DNA from: Pseudomonadota bacterium
GTDB taxonomy: Bacteria > Pseudomonadota > Alphaproteobacteria > MED-G09
Length of the DNA stretch: 64,000 nucleotides
Assembly: GCA_036163815.1 (NCBI GenBank)
Contig: JAYZKD010000032.1
Location: 44,853-108,852 of the forward strand
Reading direction: 5' to 3'
Below the pieces are notes generated by a model. It did not search any database, had not been told where the DNA came from, and worked only from the letters and a program-made list of their open reading frames with translations. Below are positions 63,652 to 64,000 of this stretch, piece by piece. Both the position numbers and the translations under genes were made by a program. Within the stretch, counting starts at the first letter, position 1, and each line of letters starts with the position of its first letter.

Positions 63652-64000
63652 ATGAAAGAAACTAATAAGATAAATAATATACCTGTTTTACCATTAAGGA
63701 ACATTGTTGTATTCCCTAATATGATTGTACCTCTATTTGTTGGTAGAGATAAGTCAATAAATGCACTTGAAAAAGTTATGGATAAAGATCAGGAATTATT
63801 ATTCTTAACTCAAAAGAATTCTGAAGTTGATGACCCTGAAAAAGATGACCTATATAAAATAGGCACTAGGGGAAAAATTCTACAACTACTTAAATTACCA
63901 GATGGAACAGTAAAAGTCCTTGTAGAGGGTAAGGATAGGTGTAAGGTTGAAAATATTGAGTTTTTGGAAAATTATATAGATGCAAGGGTTAGTCTTGTTC
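63652..64000 (+). CDS. lon: Lon protease (N-terminal fragment, runs off window)
   Basis: IPVLPLRNIVVFPNMIVPLFVGRDKSI is the Lon N-terminal substrate-binding domain signature. Confidence 0.85.
   Translation, partial: MKETNKINNIPVLPLRNIVVFPNMIVPLFVGRDKSINALEKVMDKDQELLFLTQKNSEVDDPEKDDLYKIGTRGKILQLLKLPDGTVKVLVEGKDRCKVENIEFLENYIDARVSLV

Overview
This is a very AT-rich (about 29-30% GC), gene-dense window, about 95% coding, with many 1-40 nt gene overlaps and intergenic spacers mostly under 100 bp. Gene content and order indicate a streamlined alphaproteobacterium with a SAR11/Pelagibacterales-like organisation; the taxon is inferred from the gene set, not from any search. Everything present is core housekeeping. 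The main blocks are: yfgM-like/bamB/der; cvpA-purF; mlaE-mlaF; rpsF-rpsR-rplI-dnaB; fabD-fabG-acpP-fabF-gmk; an outer-membrane/LPS supercluster lptF-lptG-lptD-surA-pdxA-rsmA; pepA-holC-ndk; purM-purN; hdaA; rnd; aspS; aroQ-accB-accC; dsbA-like plus bepA-like; rne; amiC; prfB with its programmed +1 frameshift; bcp; tyrS; iscR-sufBCDS-sufT-sufA; parE; glnB-glnII; nnr; and tRNA-Leu-tig-clpP-clpX-lon. I found no CRISPR array, transposase, integrase, phage gene, toxin-antitoxin pair or defence island. Despite the prompt, I cannot honestly point to a novel multi-gene system here. The worthwhile signals are regulatory and structural: a near-consensus sigma-54 promoter with upstream repeats before glnB-glnII; sigma-32-type promoters before clpP and lon; a palindromic operator candidate overlapping the iscR promoter; palindromes in the rne and rpsF leaders; an acidic tail on ribosomal protein L9; a compact RNase E; a short AsmA-like protein; a split Mla system; and an unusual thiolase-like/OB-fold protein divergent from glnB.
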